From assembly GCA_965240325.2 (NCBI GenBank), contig OZ251224.1:1054001-1118000 (forward strand): a DNA stretch of 64,000 nucleotides, given 5' to 3'. A program made the position numbers and the translations under genes. How positions within the stretch are numbered: the stretch's first letter is position 1; every line of letters begins with the position of its first letter. Source of the stretch: Rebecca billardiae RCC1528. Lineage: Eukaryota > Protista > Haptophyta. Shown here piece after piece: positions 33,058 to 44,162 of the stretch. The notes below the pieces were generated by a model that made no database searches, had not been told where the DNA came from, and worked only from the letters and a program-made list of their open reading frames with translations.

Positions 33058-35753
33058 ATGATGATGGCGTCGCCGTGGCGGCTGGGCCTGGTGCTCCATG
33101 CAGTGTGCGTGGTGGCGAGCTCAGCCGGGCGATGGCATGGCGGATGGCGAGGAGGAGGCGAAGCGAGCTCTCCCGTGCAGATCTGCGTCCTGGAAGGCGA
33201 GACCGTAGAGTGCACTCGCCTCTCCTCGGCTGTGAGCGGTGTGCGCGCGCTCGCAGGTGGCGTGCGTGGCGGTGTGCGCGCGCGCGCGCGCGCCGCTCAC
33301 AACGAGCCTCCTGCGCCGCCGTGGGCCCCCCGACCGCGCAGGCGGTGCAGTGGCGAGCGACGGCACGCGCTTCGCCCCGAACCACGAGATGGCGACACAG
33401 CTCGAGATGCCTCGCGGCTTCATGGAGCGTGTGCGCACGCTTGCCCACTTCCCGCGCGCCGAGCAGCCACACGGCCATCTGCACCACTTCTGCTTCGCCC
33501 GGCGCGTGTGTGGGCCATTTCCGAGCGAAGGCGAGCCGGCGTACTTCCACACGTTCAGCCTCACGCGCGAGGACGGCACGCGCGAGTACGGCGCGTGCCT
33601 GAGCACGCTGCGCGCGGAGCGTTACGGGCTGCACGGCCTGCTGGAGGGGCGCACGGCGGCGCGGCCGCTCTCCGTGGTGGTCTTCTCGCGGTGGCCGCTC
33701 TTCCGCATGTGCGTGCCCGCCCGACCCCGCGCGCGCCGGCCCCGCTCGTGTTCCGCGCGCGCGCGCATGCGCCGTGCGCCCCCTCACGCGGCTCGCTCGC
33801 GCCGTGCGGCCGGGCGCGCCCACCCGCGCTCACCTCCGACCGGCGCTGCGCAGCTACGAGGCGTTCTTGCGCCAGCTGTGGCTCGAGCGGCACGAGCACC
33901 GCTGGGACGTGAGCTCCGACGCCACGCCGCTCTGCGCGCGGCTCGACCGCTTCGTCCGCGCGTGCGCGGAGCACGGCGCGCTGTGCGAGCGCGCCGCGGC
34001 GCCAGGCCTGCCGCTCACGCACTCGCTCGCTCCAGTGCTGCACGCGCTGCGCTGGCAGCCGGAGGCGCTGGGCGCGCTGGTGCTGTGCGCGCTGACGAAC
34101 CGCAAGGCGCTGGTCGTTTCCGCCGACGCCTCGCTCCCGCCCGCCCTCATCCACCTCGTCACCGAGCTCGTCTACCCGCTCGAGTACCCGGGCGTGGTCG
34201 TGCCCTTCCTGCCGCGCTCGCTCCACCCCGAGCCAGGCACGCTCATCAACGACAACGTCGCGCCCTTCCTGATCGGCTGCGACGCGGAGCTGGCGAAGGA
34301 GATGGCGCCGCTGTCGGACGAGCTGCTCGTGGTCGACCTGGACGGCGGCGGGGTGCGCTACCCCGCGCCCGACCCGTACGACGCGTGGCTGCAGGCGCCT
34401 GCGGCCGAGCGGCTCGTGACGGCGCTGCGCGCGCACGCCTACTCGCCCGACGAGCTCTCGGCGCCCGGCGTGCGCGCGGCGTGCCTGCGCTTCGTGCTGG
34501 ACATCGTCGACTTGGACGACGGCGCGCTGCCCAACTCGGCGCACCCCGCCGACCGCGCCTGCGCCGCGCAGTGGCGCCTCCTCTCGCGCCTCGCCGACGA
34601 GGTGCAGGAGGCGGTGCGGCACGCGGCCGCGGGCGAGCTCGAGCCGAGCGTCCTCGACGCGCAGGCGGCGCTGTGCAAGGCCGCGTACGTCAAGCAGCTG
34701 CTCGGCTCCGAGCCCGTGGGCGGCGGCGGGCGGCGCGACTCGAACCTGCCGCTCGTGCGCGAGGCGCTCGGCTCCACCGCGTGCGCCGAGTACCTCTCCG
34801 TCCCGCCCGCCGCGCGCCGCCGGCTGCCGGAGCCGCAGTGGCTGCACTGGCGCCGGCTGGGCGGCCAGCTCGACCACGCGGTGCGCGAGCACATGGCGGC
34901 GAGGCTCAGCGCGCTCGCGCTGCTGGCCGACGCGCTCGCGCGCGCCGGCGTGGCGCTCGCGCGCACGCGAGCGCCCGCCTTCGCCTCCGACGTGAGCGAG
35001 CGCGCGGGCGGCGCGCGTGCCGACGTCGCGGCGCTCGGCGGCGACGGCATTGTCTTCGTCTCGGCCGGGGGCGGTGGGGGCGGCGGGGGCGGCGCGAGCG
35101 CGTGCGGGGGCGGCGCGTTCCCCGAGCCGAGCGTGGACGAGGTGACGGCCTTCTGCGAGGCGTTCGACTCGCCCGCGGTCGGCGAGCTCGTCGCGTACGC
35201 GGAGTGCGCGATGCACGTGGGCGCGGCCGAGCCGGGCGCCGACGCGGCCGCCGTCGCCGCCTCCGCCGCCGCCGCGGCCGACAGCCTCGCCGGCACGCCC
35301 GCCGCGCTCGCCGGCGTGCCAGAGCTCGGCGGCGCGTTCGTGAGCTGCTCGCTCTTCGTGTCGGGCACGCACCTGTGCTTTGAGACGCGCTCGGCGGTGG
35401 GCGCGGCGCGCAAGGAGGTGCTCGCGCTCGGGCAGATCACCACGCTCGAGCTGCGCGAGCTCGACGACTCGATCAGCGTGCGCTCCGCCACGGGCGCGCA
35501 CTTCCGGCTCGTCGGCATCGAGCGCGCCGCCGCGCTGCACGCGCTCATCGCCGAGTGCATCGGCGCGCGCGCGAGCGACGACGGCCACGCGGTGCACCGC
35601 GGCGCGCACCCGGCGGGCGCGGTCGGCGGCGTGGGCGCCGGGCCGTACGGGCCCAGCGGTCCGACTGTAGTGCCGCCGGGCGGCCCGCCGACCCGGCCCG
35701 CGGCGGGCCAGCCGACGATGCCGCCCCCGCCGGGCGCAGCGGGTGGCTACTAG
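33058..35753 (+). CDS. DENN-domain Rab GEF-like protein with a C-terminal GRAM/PH-like domain; exons 33058-33238, 33342-33708, 33854-35753
   Basis: uDENN HFCF...FHTFSLTREDGTREYGACL; cDENN LTNRKALVVS...LVYPLEYPGVVVPFLP...APFLIG...VVDLD; GRAM-like LFVSGTHLCF...LGQITTLE. The first exon is less certain. Confidence 0.82.
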
Positions 35754-36143
35754 TACTACCGCCAGTAACGTCTGTTAGCTCTCGCGTGTTGCCACTGCCA
35801 ATGCTATCTGAATCTCATATCCTTATCCGACGGCGACTGCTCCGATCAGCACGAACTGCGCAGCAGTCATCAGGCCGCATCCGACTACGGCGGCAGCGCC
35901 GCGCTGCGCCAGCGCCAACCTACCAGCGCCGGCGGCCCGCGGGCGCGGAGCGGGCCCCCGGGAGCGGCGTCTCGGACTTCGGAATCGGAGCCGTACGTTC
36001 GCGCAGCGCGGTTCGCGGACGCGGTAGGCAGCGTAGGCTCGATCCGAAGATCGGATCGGCGCCGCGGTGACGCTGATGCGGCACTACTCAGTAGCAGAAT
36101 TGCTTAGCGCAATAGCTGATGCTACTCATTTGTCACCGCGCTG

Positions 36144-38483
36144 CTACGTGACCAGCGCCTGCGCGCGCTGGACCATCGCCCGAGCCGTCGTCTGCTCGGC
36201 GACCGTGAGCTCCGCGCGCCGCTCCGCCTGCTGTGCGCGCGCCTCGAGCTCGGTCGAGCGCTGCTCCAGCTGGCCGAGCGAGTCGCGCAGCCGCTGCAGC
36301 TCGGCGCCCTGCGCCTCGAGGAGCTCGTCCCGGTGCGCGGCGGAGCGCGGGCGGTGGAGCGCGAGCCGGAGCTCGTCGTTGTCCACCGAGAGCGCCTCGA
36401 TCGCCTCGCGCGCGCGCCGCTGCTCGCGCCTCGACTCGGCGGCAAGGCGCTCCGCGTGCTCCGCCTGCGCCGCCGCCACGACCCTCAGCTCGCGCAGCTC
36501 CGTCTCGGCCGCCTCGCGCGCGGCCATCGCCTTCTGCAGCTGCAGCTCCTGCTGCCTGCGCGCGTGGGGTGGCGCGCGTGGGGTGGCGCGCGGGGCCGCG
36601 GGTTGGCCGAGGGGCGGGCCGCGCCGCCACCATGCCGCCCGCGCCGCCAGCGCGCCCGACCGCGAGGCACGGCGCGCCGCCAGCGCAACGCGCGCACGCG
36701 CACGCACTTGAGCGAGGCTTCGAGCGTGAGCCTCTCGCGGCGCACCGGGCCCTCCGGGTCGTCGATCGATCGCTGGAGCGCGTCGAGCCGCGCGCGCTGC
36801 TCGTCGCGCTCGCGCTCCGCGTCTGCGCGCGAACGCCGCGTGCAAAGGGTGCGCGCGCGCAGAGGCTGCCTGGTCAGGCTGCCGCGGCCGCAGCGGCCAA
36901 GCGCGCGCGCGGCGCGGCGCGGCGCGGCGCGGGGGCGTGCCGGCACCTGAGGCCTTGCGCCGCGCGCTGTCCGCCTCCGAGATGGCCACGCCGAGCGCGG
37001 AGCGCGCGCGCGCGCGCTCCTCCTCCAGCTCCGCCTCCGCGCGCCTCTGCCGCCTCAGCGCCGCCGCCGCCTCCGCGTCCGCCTCCTCCCTCCGCCTCTC
37101 CGCTGCCGCCAGCCCCGTCTGCAGCGACGCGAGCTGCGCGCCCTCGGACGCGGCGACGCGGCGCGCGTCGGCGGCGGCGCGCGCGGCCTCGGCGGCGGAG
37201 CCGGTGCCGGTGCGCAGCGTGGCCACCTGCGCGCGCAGCTCGGCGATCGTCGCGTCCAGCGCCTCGATCTCGCTGCGCGCCGCCGCAAGCTGCCGGGCGC
37301 CGTCCGAGCGCGCGCGCGCGAGCGCCGTGTGTGCGCGCTCGCGCTCCTCTGCGAGCACGGCGCGCGTGGCGTCCGCCTCCTTCGCCGCGCCGGATGCGGA
37401 GGCCTGCGCGCGCGAGAGCGCGGCGTTCGCGCTCTCCAGCTCGCCGCGCAGCTCGTTCTCGCGGTGCGCGATGCCCGCCGCCATGCGCTGCGCCTCCGTG
37501 TCGCGCGCACGCAGCGCCTCCCTCGCGTCGGCCAGCTCGGCCGCTGTCTCGGCCGCGGCCGCGCGCGCCTCCTCCGCCGCCTCCGCGGCCGCGCGCGCCT
37601 CCTCGTCGCGCGCGCGCGCGACGGCGACGGCGTCGGCGAGCTGCACGGCCATCGCCTCGGCCGCCGTGTTCGCGTCCGTCGACGCCGCGTGCGCGTGCGC
37701 CTCGCGCGCGCCCGAGCCCTCCTTGGCGAGAGCAAGCGCGCGGAGCGCGTCCGCCACGCGCGCCTCCGCGACCTGCAGCTGCGGCTGCAGCGCGTCGCGC
37801 TCGGCGCGCGCGGCGAGCATGTGCGCGTGCACCTCGTCGAGCTGGCGCCGCCGCGCGGCGAGCTCGGACTCGAGCGCCTCCGCGCGCTGCGCCGCGAGCG
37901 CGAGCTCCGAGCGCGCGCGGTGCTCAGCGTGCTGCGCGCGCGCGGCCTCATCGCTCGCGGCGCGCGCGGCGCCGTGCGCGCCCTCCAGCTCCTCGCGTGC
38001 GCTGGCGAGGAGGCGCGCGTCGGTCTCGGCGCGCTGCGTGAGGAGAGTGTTCGCGGACGCGAGCAGCCCGAGCCGCTCCTCCATGTCGCGCACCAGCTCG
38101 GCGTCGCTGCCAGCGCCGGCCGCCTGCGCGCGCTCGCGCTCGTGTCTCGCCTCCGCCGCCCGCTTGGCATCGTCGAGCGCGGTGCGCAGCTGCGCGCGGA
38201 GCGTGTCGTTCTCGCCGGCGAGCATGCTGAGCGTATCATCGCGCTCACCCGCGAGCCGCTCCGCCTCGGCGCGAGACGCCTCGAGCTCGGCAATCCGCGC
38301 GTCGTACGCGACGAGCAGCGGCGAGAGGAAGGGCATGTCCACCATCCATGGCGGCAGTGGCAGGTCCTCGTCCGAGCCAGCGACGGGGGCGAGGGGTGGG
38401 GCGGCGCCGCGTAGGGCGATGCCCAGCTGGTGCGTGAGCCGCCGGACCAGCGCGTCCGTGCCGTCCTCCGCGCCGCTCGCCAT
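36144..38483 (-). CDS. Long coiled-coil centrosomal protein, CEP89/CCDC123-like; exons 38483-36947, 36822-36708, 36555-36144
   Basis: LPPWMVDMPFLSPLLVAYDARI resembles the CEP89 signature (PPW......LSPLL.AY), followed by an extended E/A/R-rich coiled coil. Two GT-AG introns keep the frame. Confidence 0.72.
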   Translation of the reverse strand: MASGAEDGTDALVRRLTHQLGIALRGAAPPLAPVAGSDEDLPLPPWMVDMPFLSPLLVAYDARIAELEASRAEAERLAGERDDTLSMLAGENDTLRAQLRTALDDAKRAAEARHERERAQAAGAGSDAELVRDMEERLGLLASANTLLTQRAETDARLLASAREELEGAHGAARAASDEAARAQHAEHRARSELALAAQRAEALESELAARRRQLDEVHAHMLAARAERDALQPQLQVAEARVADALRALALAKEGSGAREAHAHAASTDANTAAEAMAVQLADAVAVARARDEEARAAAEAAEEARAAAAETAAELADAREALRARDTEAQRMAAGIAHRENELRGELESANAALSRAQASASGAAKEADATRAVLAEERERAHTALARARSDGARQLAAARSEIEALDATIAELRAQVATLRTGTGSAAEAARAAADARRVAASEGAQLASLQTGLAAAERRREEADAEAAAALRRQRRAEAELEEERARARSALGVAISEADSARRKASGAGTPPRRAAPRRARAWPLRPRQPDQAASARAHPLHAAFARRRGARARRAARAARRAPAIDRRPGGPGAPREAHARSLAQVRARARVALAARRASRSGALAARAAWWRRGPPLGQPAAPRATPRAPPHARRQQELQLQKAMAAREAAETELRELRVVAAAQAEHAERLAAESRREQRRAREAIEALSVDNDELRLALHRPRSAAHRDELLEAQGAELQRLRDSLGQLEQRSTELEARAQQAERRAELTVAEQTTARAMVQRAQALVT

Positions 38484-38677
38484 GGTCTCTGTGTGCCACT
38501 GCCCCAGTTCAAAACGCGGCCGCCATGTTGTGGGGACCAGCAAACCGCCAATCTGGTCAGCAATCTCCTGTATCTCCGCAGCTTCGAGGCGACTGGCCTG
38601 AGCAGTTGTTCAGCCCTTTCGACTACTGGTAGTCTGTAAAAGTCATTTATTGGGTGCCTTGATCAAGGGCCCTTGAT

Positions 38678-39805
38678 CAAGGGCGGTAAGGGCTGTCAAC
38701 TCCCAGTGGCGGCGGTGGCAGAGGTTGGTCGCCGCTTCGCTGCTGCGCGGCCTCGCTCCAGCGACTAACTCTCGTGGGCGCCCGCCCCGGGGGGCGAGTG
38801 GGGCGCGCACGGCGCGAGCTCCTGTGGCCGTGTACGCGCGCGCGGAGGCGGCGCGCGTGGCTGGGCAGGTGCTAAGGAGTGTATGTCGCCCTCCCACGCC
38901 GCGCGCCTTGCTCGCCGCCGCTTTCGCCGCGCCTCAGGCCAGCGCGCACGCGTGCGCCGCCTCCAGAGCCAGCCTCGGGCAATCGGCAGCCGCCCGCGCA
39001 TGTGTGGTGCGCGGTCTGGTCGGCGCGAGTCGGTCGGGGCCATCGGGCGAGGCTCGCATACTATAGACGCGCGCCATGCTGCCTCGCGCCGCCGCGCATG
39101 GGCCCGGTCCCATCCCGTGAAGCTGTTGAAGGAAGCTGATCGATGAATGCACGACAAGCAGAAATGAGCTCGAATACGTGACAGTGAGCGCACATGCGCG
39201 TGATAGGCGGCCGCATTGGGCGCGTGTACGGCGTCCTATGAGTGCATTGCCCCGCTCTTCATCGCCTGCGCGCGTCTATTGTGCTCTCCAGCGTCTCCAT
39301 GAGCGTCCAAACATGAGCATTTTCGCATTCGTGCTGCAGTTCGTGTCAGACCTAAGATGCTTGCGTGTCGACCCATGACAACCCACGCGCGGCGGCGCGA
39401 GGCAGCGTGGCGCGCGTCTGTAGTATGCGAGCCTCGCCCGATGGCCCCGACCGACTCGCGCCGACCAGACCGCGCACCACACATGCGCGGGCGGCTGCCG
39501 ATTGCCCGAGGCTGGCTCTGGAGGCGGCGCACGCGTGCGCGCTGGCCTGAGGCGCGGCGAAAGCGGCGGCGAGCAAGGCGCGCGGCGTGGGAGGGCGACA
39601 TACACTCCTTAGCACCTGCCCAGCCACGCGCGCCGCCTCCGCGCGCGCGTACACGGCCACAGGAGCTCGCGCCGTGCGCGCCCCACTCGCCCCCCGGGGC
39701 GGGCGCCCACGAGAGTTAGTCGCTGGAGCGAGGCCGCGCAGCAGCGAAGCGGCGACCAACCTCTGCCACGCCGCCACTGGGAGTTGACAGCCCTTACCGC
39801 CCTTG
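38678..39805. mobile_element. Second copy (opposite orientation) of the 1128-bp foldback P-like element, 7-bp TSD CCTTGAT
   Basis: Reverse complement of 27203-28330 with about one visible substitution. CCTTGAT lies at 38671-38677 and 39806-39812. Confidence 0.92.
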
Positions 39806-40102
39806 CCTTGATGATCAAGAGTTGAGTGCGCGACTGGCGATATCTCACTCATCAACGGCTCTCCCGGGCGGACCGGGCGGCCGCGCGTACGGCGTGCGTG
39901 CCCGTTCAGCCGCAGGGATTCGTCACCGCGAAATGATTTCATCTGGCTCGCCGCGCTCGCTCGCGGGGTTGCCGAAAGACGCCGCACGTCCTGCGCTCGC
40001 GGTGCGTCTGGATTGCTCATTAGCCCGCGCGCCGCGCGTATCGAGCGCACGCGCTCACCATCGCGCCCGCACCCGCCCGCCGCGGCTGCCCGGCAGATCA
40101 CC

Positions 40103-40495
40103 ATGTTCACCAAGGTCCTCCTCGCCTTCCTTGTCATGATTGCGGCCGCGTCCGGCCTGGTCGCGCCGGCGCCGAAGATGGCGTCGCGCGTTGCGCGCTC
40201 GGCCATCCGCATGGACGGCAAGGGTGAGTGACCGCGAGCGTCCGGCGTCGCCAAGCGACGCGGGACTCGGCTGTGGTCACTCCATGCTCGCCCTCGCCTC
40301 GCGCGCCCTGACGATCCACTCCACCCCGCCCCCTCTCGCGTGACGACCCGCGCAGGCTTCGGCGGCGGTGAGGCCACGCGCGACCCGGAGCCGACGGACA
40401 TCGACCCGAACGACCCGAAGGGCAAGCAGAAGGCCATCCACAAGGCGGACTCGTTCGAGGAGTACATGCGCAAGCGCAAGGAGGGCCTGGCGTAA
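40103..40495 (+). CDS. Small nucleus-encoded plastid-targeted protein of unknown function; exons 40103-40223, 40356-40495
   Basis: Bipartite presequence MFTKVLLAFLVMIAAASG-LVAPAPKMASRVARSAIRM, then DGKG|FGGGEATRDPEPTDIDPNDPKGKQKAIHKADSFEEYMRKRKEGLA*. Intron is GTGAGT...CAG. Confidence 0.8.
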
Positions 40496-41131
40496 GCGTC
40501 TACACTCACGTCCAGGCGCATGAGCCTCGCGCTGGAGTCGCCTCGGCGGTCGTCTAATTTGTCGGCACGGGCTCTCTCGGCATGCTCCTCGCGCCGCGCC
40601 TTCACAGCGGCCGTCCCGCTCGAAAGGCCGTCTTTGACTCGCGTTCTTGGACGTGGGCTCGAGCCGGCTTCTCGTGCGGGATCATGGCTGACAGGAGCCG
40701 CATCAACCAGTCTGCAAGCATCGGTCACACATGTGACGTGAGTGCTTCGTCCACCGCGACGGCGTCTGCGCGACTCTGTGGAGTCCGCGGCGCGCATGAT
40801 TTGTGCTGTGACGGTTCGATGTGAAGCGTAGACATGAATGAATACGTGTGTAGCGAGGCACCTCAGGGTCACACGCGAGTGACTCTCGCCGCATGAGTCG
40901 GCATCCTGGCATCAACAACGTTTCAAGCTATCGTGAATCGTTGACGTTGTGAGCCTGATTGTTGACGATTGTAAGTAACGTAACGCTGCTCTCGCTCGCT
41001 AGCCGCCGCGCGGCACTCCGGGCTCATCAGTCAATCCGGTTGCGGGCGAAAACAAAATAACCGCACGGCGGCCGCGCTTTTGTCAGGCGACCCCCCCTTC
41101 ATCGTTCGGGGTTCCCGAGAGCAAGCCAGGC

Positions 41132-41547
41132 ATGTCGACCACCCTCGTGCGGCAGCTCGTCTCGCGCAACGCCCCGAAGGGCGGTGCTTGGCGCTCGTTC
41201 TCGGCCGGTGGCTCGCACGCGGAGCATGGCGAAGGTGAGCACACTCTCCGCACGCACGCGCGCCGCGGTGGCAGCCGTGTGTCACCGCTACGCGCACATG
41301 ACCCGCCCACCTGTCCCATGACCGCCGCGCAGCGATGGACAAGTGGAAGAAGATCTCGTACGTCAGCTTTGGCGGCGTCACCCTCTTCGGCATCTTCACG
41401 GTGATGCAGCACTTCTCCCACGAGCATGCCCATGAGGAGACCATCCCGTACCCGCACATGAAGATCCGCACGAAGCCGTTCCCATGGGGCTCCAAGGACT
41501 GCGATCTCTTCGACTTTGCGTGCAAGTCGAAGGCACGGACGGACTGA
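41132..41547 (+). CDS. COX6A: Cytochrome c oxidase subunit 6A; exons 41132-41234, 41333-41547
   Basis: Mitochondrial presequence, WKKIS plus a single TM helix, and PYPHMKIRTKPFPWG..DCDLF. Confidence 0.9.
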
Positions 41548-42416
41548 GAGTGTGACCAGCTTCCGGCGGATGCGAACCATCGAGTGGTGAGCGCCGCACA
41601 TGCAATCCGCAATGCTCACTGTGTGGGCAAGCGGCACGGCTGGCCGAGCTGTGGATCATCACGGCAGCACGGCTTGCGACCAGTCCGGAGCGGCCCGCGG
41701 CGCAGTTGCCATTTCGTGGAAGCCTCAGCGAGACTGTCACTCTCAGCTATCCGTCTACTGGTCTGGGCCATGTGGCAGCGGGATCGACGAGTCACTAGAA
41801 GCTCGCACTGATGACTTACAGCTGAGTATTACATACTACCGATAGCCATGAGAGAATATCAATAATTACAATATGACGACACAGTTTATACGCTTTATAG
41901 CTATAGTAAATCTAAATCGGCTCCTGTGACTCCGTCATCCGTGAGTCAACTCACTTTCTCACTCAACTCTGACACAGTGAGTTCCGAAGTCCGTACAGTA
42001 GTCGTAGACCGTAGTGGCATGGTCCGTACTCCGTGAATGTGTTTGTGAATTCAATGCTCGGCCATGACTCATGAGTCAATTAGCATGCAGCATGAGTTCT
42101 GATAATTGTGTCGTCATGCAATGTGACAGTTAATGTGTGATTATTCAAAGTTTTTCTCGGATCATTGTGATCCGCCGCCGACGGCGACGCGCCCCGACGC
42201 CATCCGCGCGCGCAAGTCTGAACCGTCTGAAGTCAGCTGCACCGTAGTCCAAGTCACAGACGAGCATCAGTGGCCATCAGCAGGACAGCAGGCGACGCTG
42301 TGGTAAGGCCGACGCCGTGCTCCATGGCCGTGGGCGTGGCGTCCGAGGCCCGGGGATTCGATGGTGCTGCAGAGCGCTCCGCACGGGCCTGCCCACTGAC
42401 GGCTGCGCGGCCGCAC

Positions 42417-43997
42417 TCACAAGTAGAGGCCCTCCGGGTGGCCGCCCTTCTTCTTGTAGAGCACGTTCTCCTTGGCCTTGCGGAACTCGACCTGCGACAC
42501 CTTCATGCGGCGCTCGCGCAGGGCGAGGAGGCCCGCCTCGGTGCAGACCGCCTTGATGTCCGCGCCCGAGAGCTCGTCCTTGGACATGACGAACTCCTCG
42601 AGGTTGACGTCCTCCGCCAGCGTCATCTTGGTCGTGTGGATGCCAAAGATGTGCCGCTTCGTCTTCACGTCTGGCATCGGGAACTCGATCTTGCGGTCGA
42701 TGCGCCCGGGTCGGATCAGCGCGGGATCGAGCGACTCGATCTTGTTCGTCGCGAGGATCACCTTCACGTCCGCGCGCGAGTCGAAGCCATCGAGCTGGTT
42801 CAGCAGCTCGAGCATCGTGCGCTGGATTTCACGCTCGCCACCCGACGTGGCGTCATACCTGCGCGCGAGGCGCACGAGGCGCAAGCGGGGACGCGTGCGC
42901 GCCGCGCGGCGCGGACGCGTCGGCACGCCGCGGCGAAGGCCGCCGACGGCCTCGCGCGCGGGAGGGGGCGCGCGAGCCTGCGCGAGCGCGCACCGCTTCG
43001 TGCCCACCGCGTCGATCTCGTCGATGAAGACGATGCTGGGCGCGTGCTCCTCCGCCACGCGGAAGAGCTCGCGCACGAGCTTGGGCCCGTCGCCGAGGTA
43101 CTTTTGGATGAGCTCCGAGCCGACCACGCGCAGGAAGGTGGCGGCCGTCTGGTTGGCGACCGCCTTGGCGAGCAGGGTCTTCCCCGTGCCCGGCTCGCCG
43201 TACAGGATGACGCCCTTCGGCGGCTTGATCCCCACCTCCTCGTACAACTCGGGGTGCGTCATCGGCAGCTCGACCGCCTCCTGCGCTTCGCACGCGGACG
43301 CGCGGCGCGGCGGCGCTGGTGAGCGCGCGCGTGCCCGCGCGGGTCCCGGCCGGGCCGCGCGGGGCGCGCGGGCAGGGGCGCGCACGCGCGCGGCGCGCAC
43401 CTTTATTTCCTGGATCTGCGACTCGAGCCCGCCGATGTCCGCGTACGACTCGAGCGGCGCCTTGTCCACCTTCATCACGCTCACCATCGGGTCCACGTCG
43501 TCCGCGAGGAGGCCGACGACGGAGAGCACCTTGTTGTGCATCAGGACGGAGCAGCCGGGCTCGATCTGGTCCTTGTCCACGAACGTCATCACGTTCACGT
43601 AGTACTCCGGGCCCACGGAGGACGAGACGATGGCGTGGTTGTCGTCGATCATCTCCTCGAGTGTGCCGACGCCCATCGGCGTGCCGCGCAGGTCGTCCAC
43701 CTTGGAGCGCTCCTCCTGCGTCTTCTCCTCGGCGGGGCGCAGGCGCTCCTGGTTCTGGATGAACTCCTCCTCCATCAGCAGGTAGTCCTTCACGCGCTCG
43801 AGCTTGAGCAGCTTGAGCTTGCACTTGGTGTGCGGCACGACCACGGGCAGCTTCGAGTCCTGGTGGCCGCCGGCCTTCTTCTTCTTCTTCTTGCCGATGC
43901 GCGTCGGGGCGGGCTGCTCATACTTCTTCGCCTTCTTCTCCTTCTCCTTCTGCGCGTCGTTGTTCTGGTTGGGCAGGCCCGACTGATTTTGCCCCAT
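42417..43997 (-). CDS. RPT2: 26S proteasome AAA-ATPase subunit RPT2 (PSMC1); introns 43400-43281 and 42993-42859
   Basis: MGQ N-terminus, [20 protein letters not shown], Walker A GEPGTGKT, Walker [21 protein letters not shown] and C-terminal HbYX EGLYL. Confidence 0.97.
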   Translation of the reverse strand: MGQNQSGLPNQNNDAQKEKEKKAKKYEQPAPTRIGKKKKKKAGGHQDSKLPVVVPHTKCKLKLLKLERVKDYLLMEEEFIQNQERLRPAEEKTQEERSKVDDLRGTPMGVGTLEEMIDDNHAIVSSSVGPEYYVNVMTFVDKDQIEPGCSVLMHNKVLSVVGLLADDVDPMVSVMKVDKAPLESYADIGGLESQIQEIKVRAARVRAPARAPRAARPGPARARARSPAPPRRASACEAQEAVELPMTHPELYEEVGIKPPKGVILYGEPGTGKTLLAKAVANQTAATFLRVVGSELIQKYLGDGPKLVRELFRVAEEHAPSIVFIDEIDAVGTKRCALAQARAPPPAREAVGGLRRGVPTRPRRAARTRPRLRLVRLARRYDATSGGEREIQRTMLELLNQLDGFDSRADVKVILATNKIESLDPALIRPGRIDRKIEFPMPDVKTKRHIFGIHTTKMTLAEDVNLEEFVMSKDELSGADIKAVCTEAGLLALRERRMKVSQVEFRKAKENVLYKKKGGHPEGLYL

Positions 43998-44162
43998 GGT
44001 GCAGCGCGGCGGACGCGCGCGCGCCCTTCACCTCAAGCGCCAAGCGGTCGGCCTCCGCTGTCGGCGGCAACAATGGCTGCGCCGCGCACCCGGACCAAGG
44101 AACTGTCCTGCCAAAGGCTTGGCGCGGGCGCCGCGCGCGGCAGGCGGGGCACCCTGCTTTGA

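Noticed and set aside
39352-40872. 506-aa minus-strand ORF
   Set aside because: It spans the MITE arm and the antisense of the small plastid gene, with no protein-like features.
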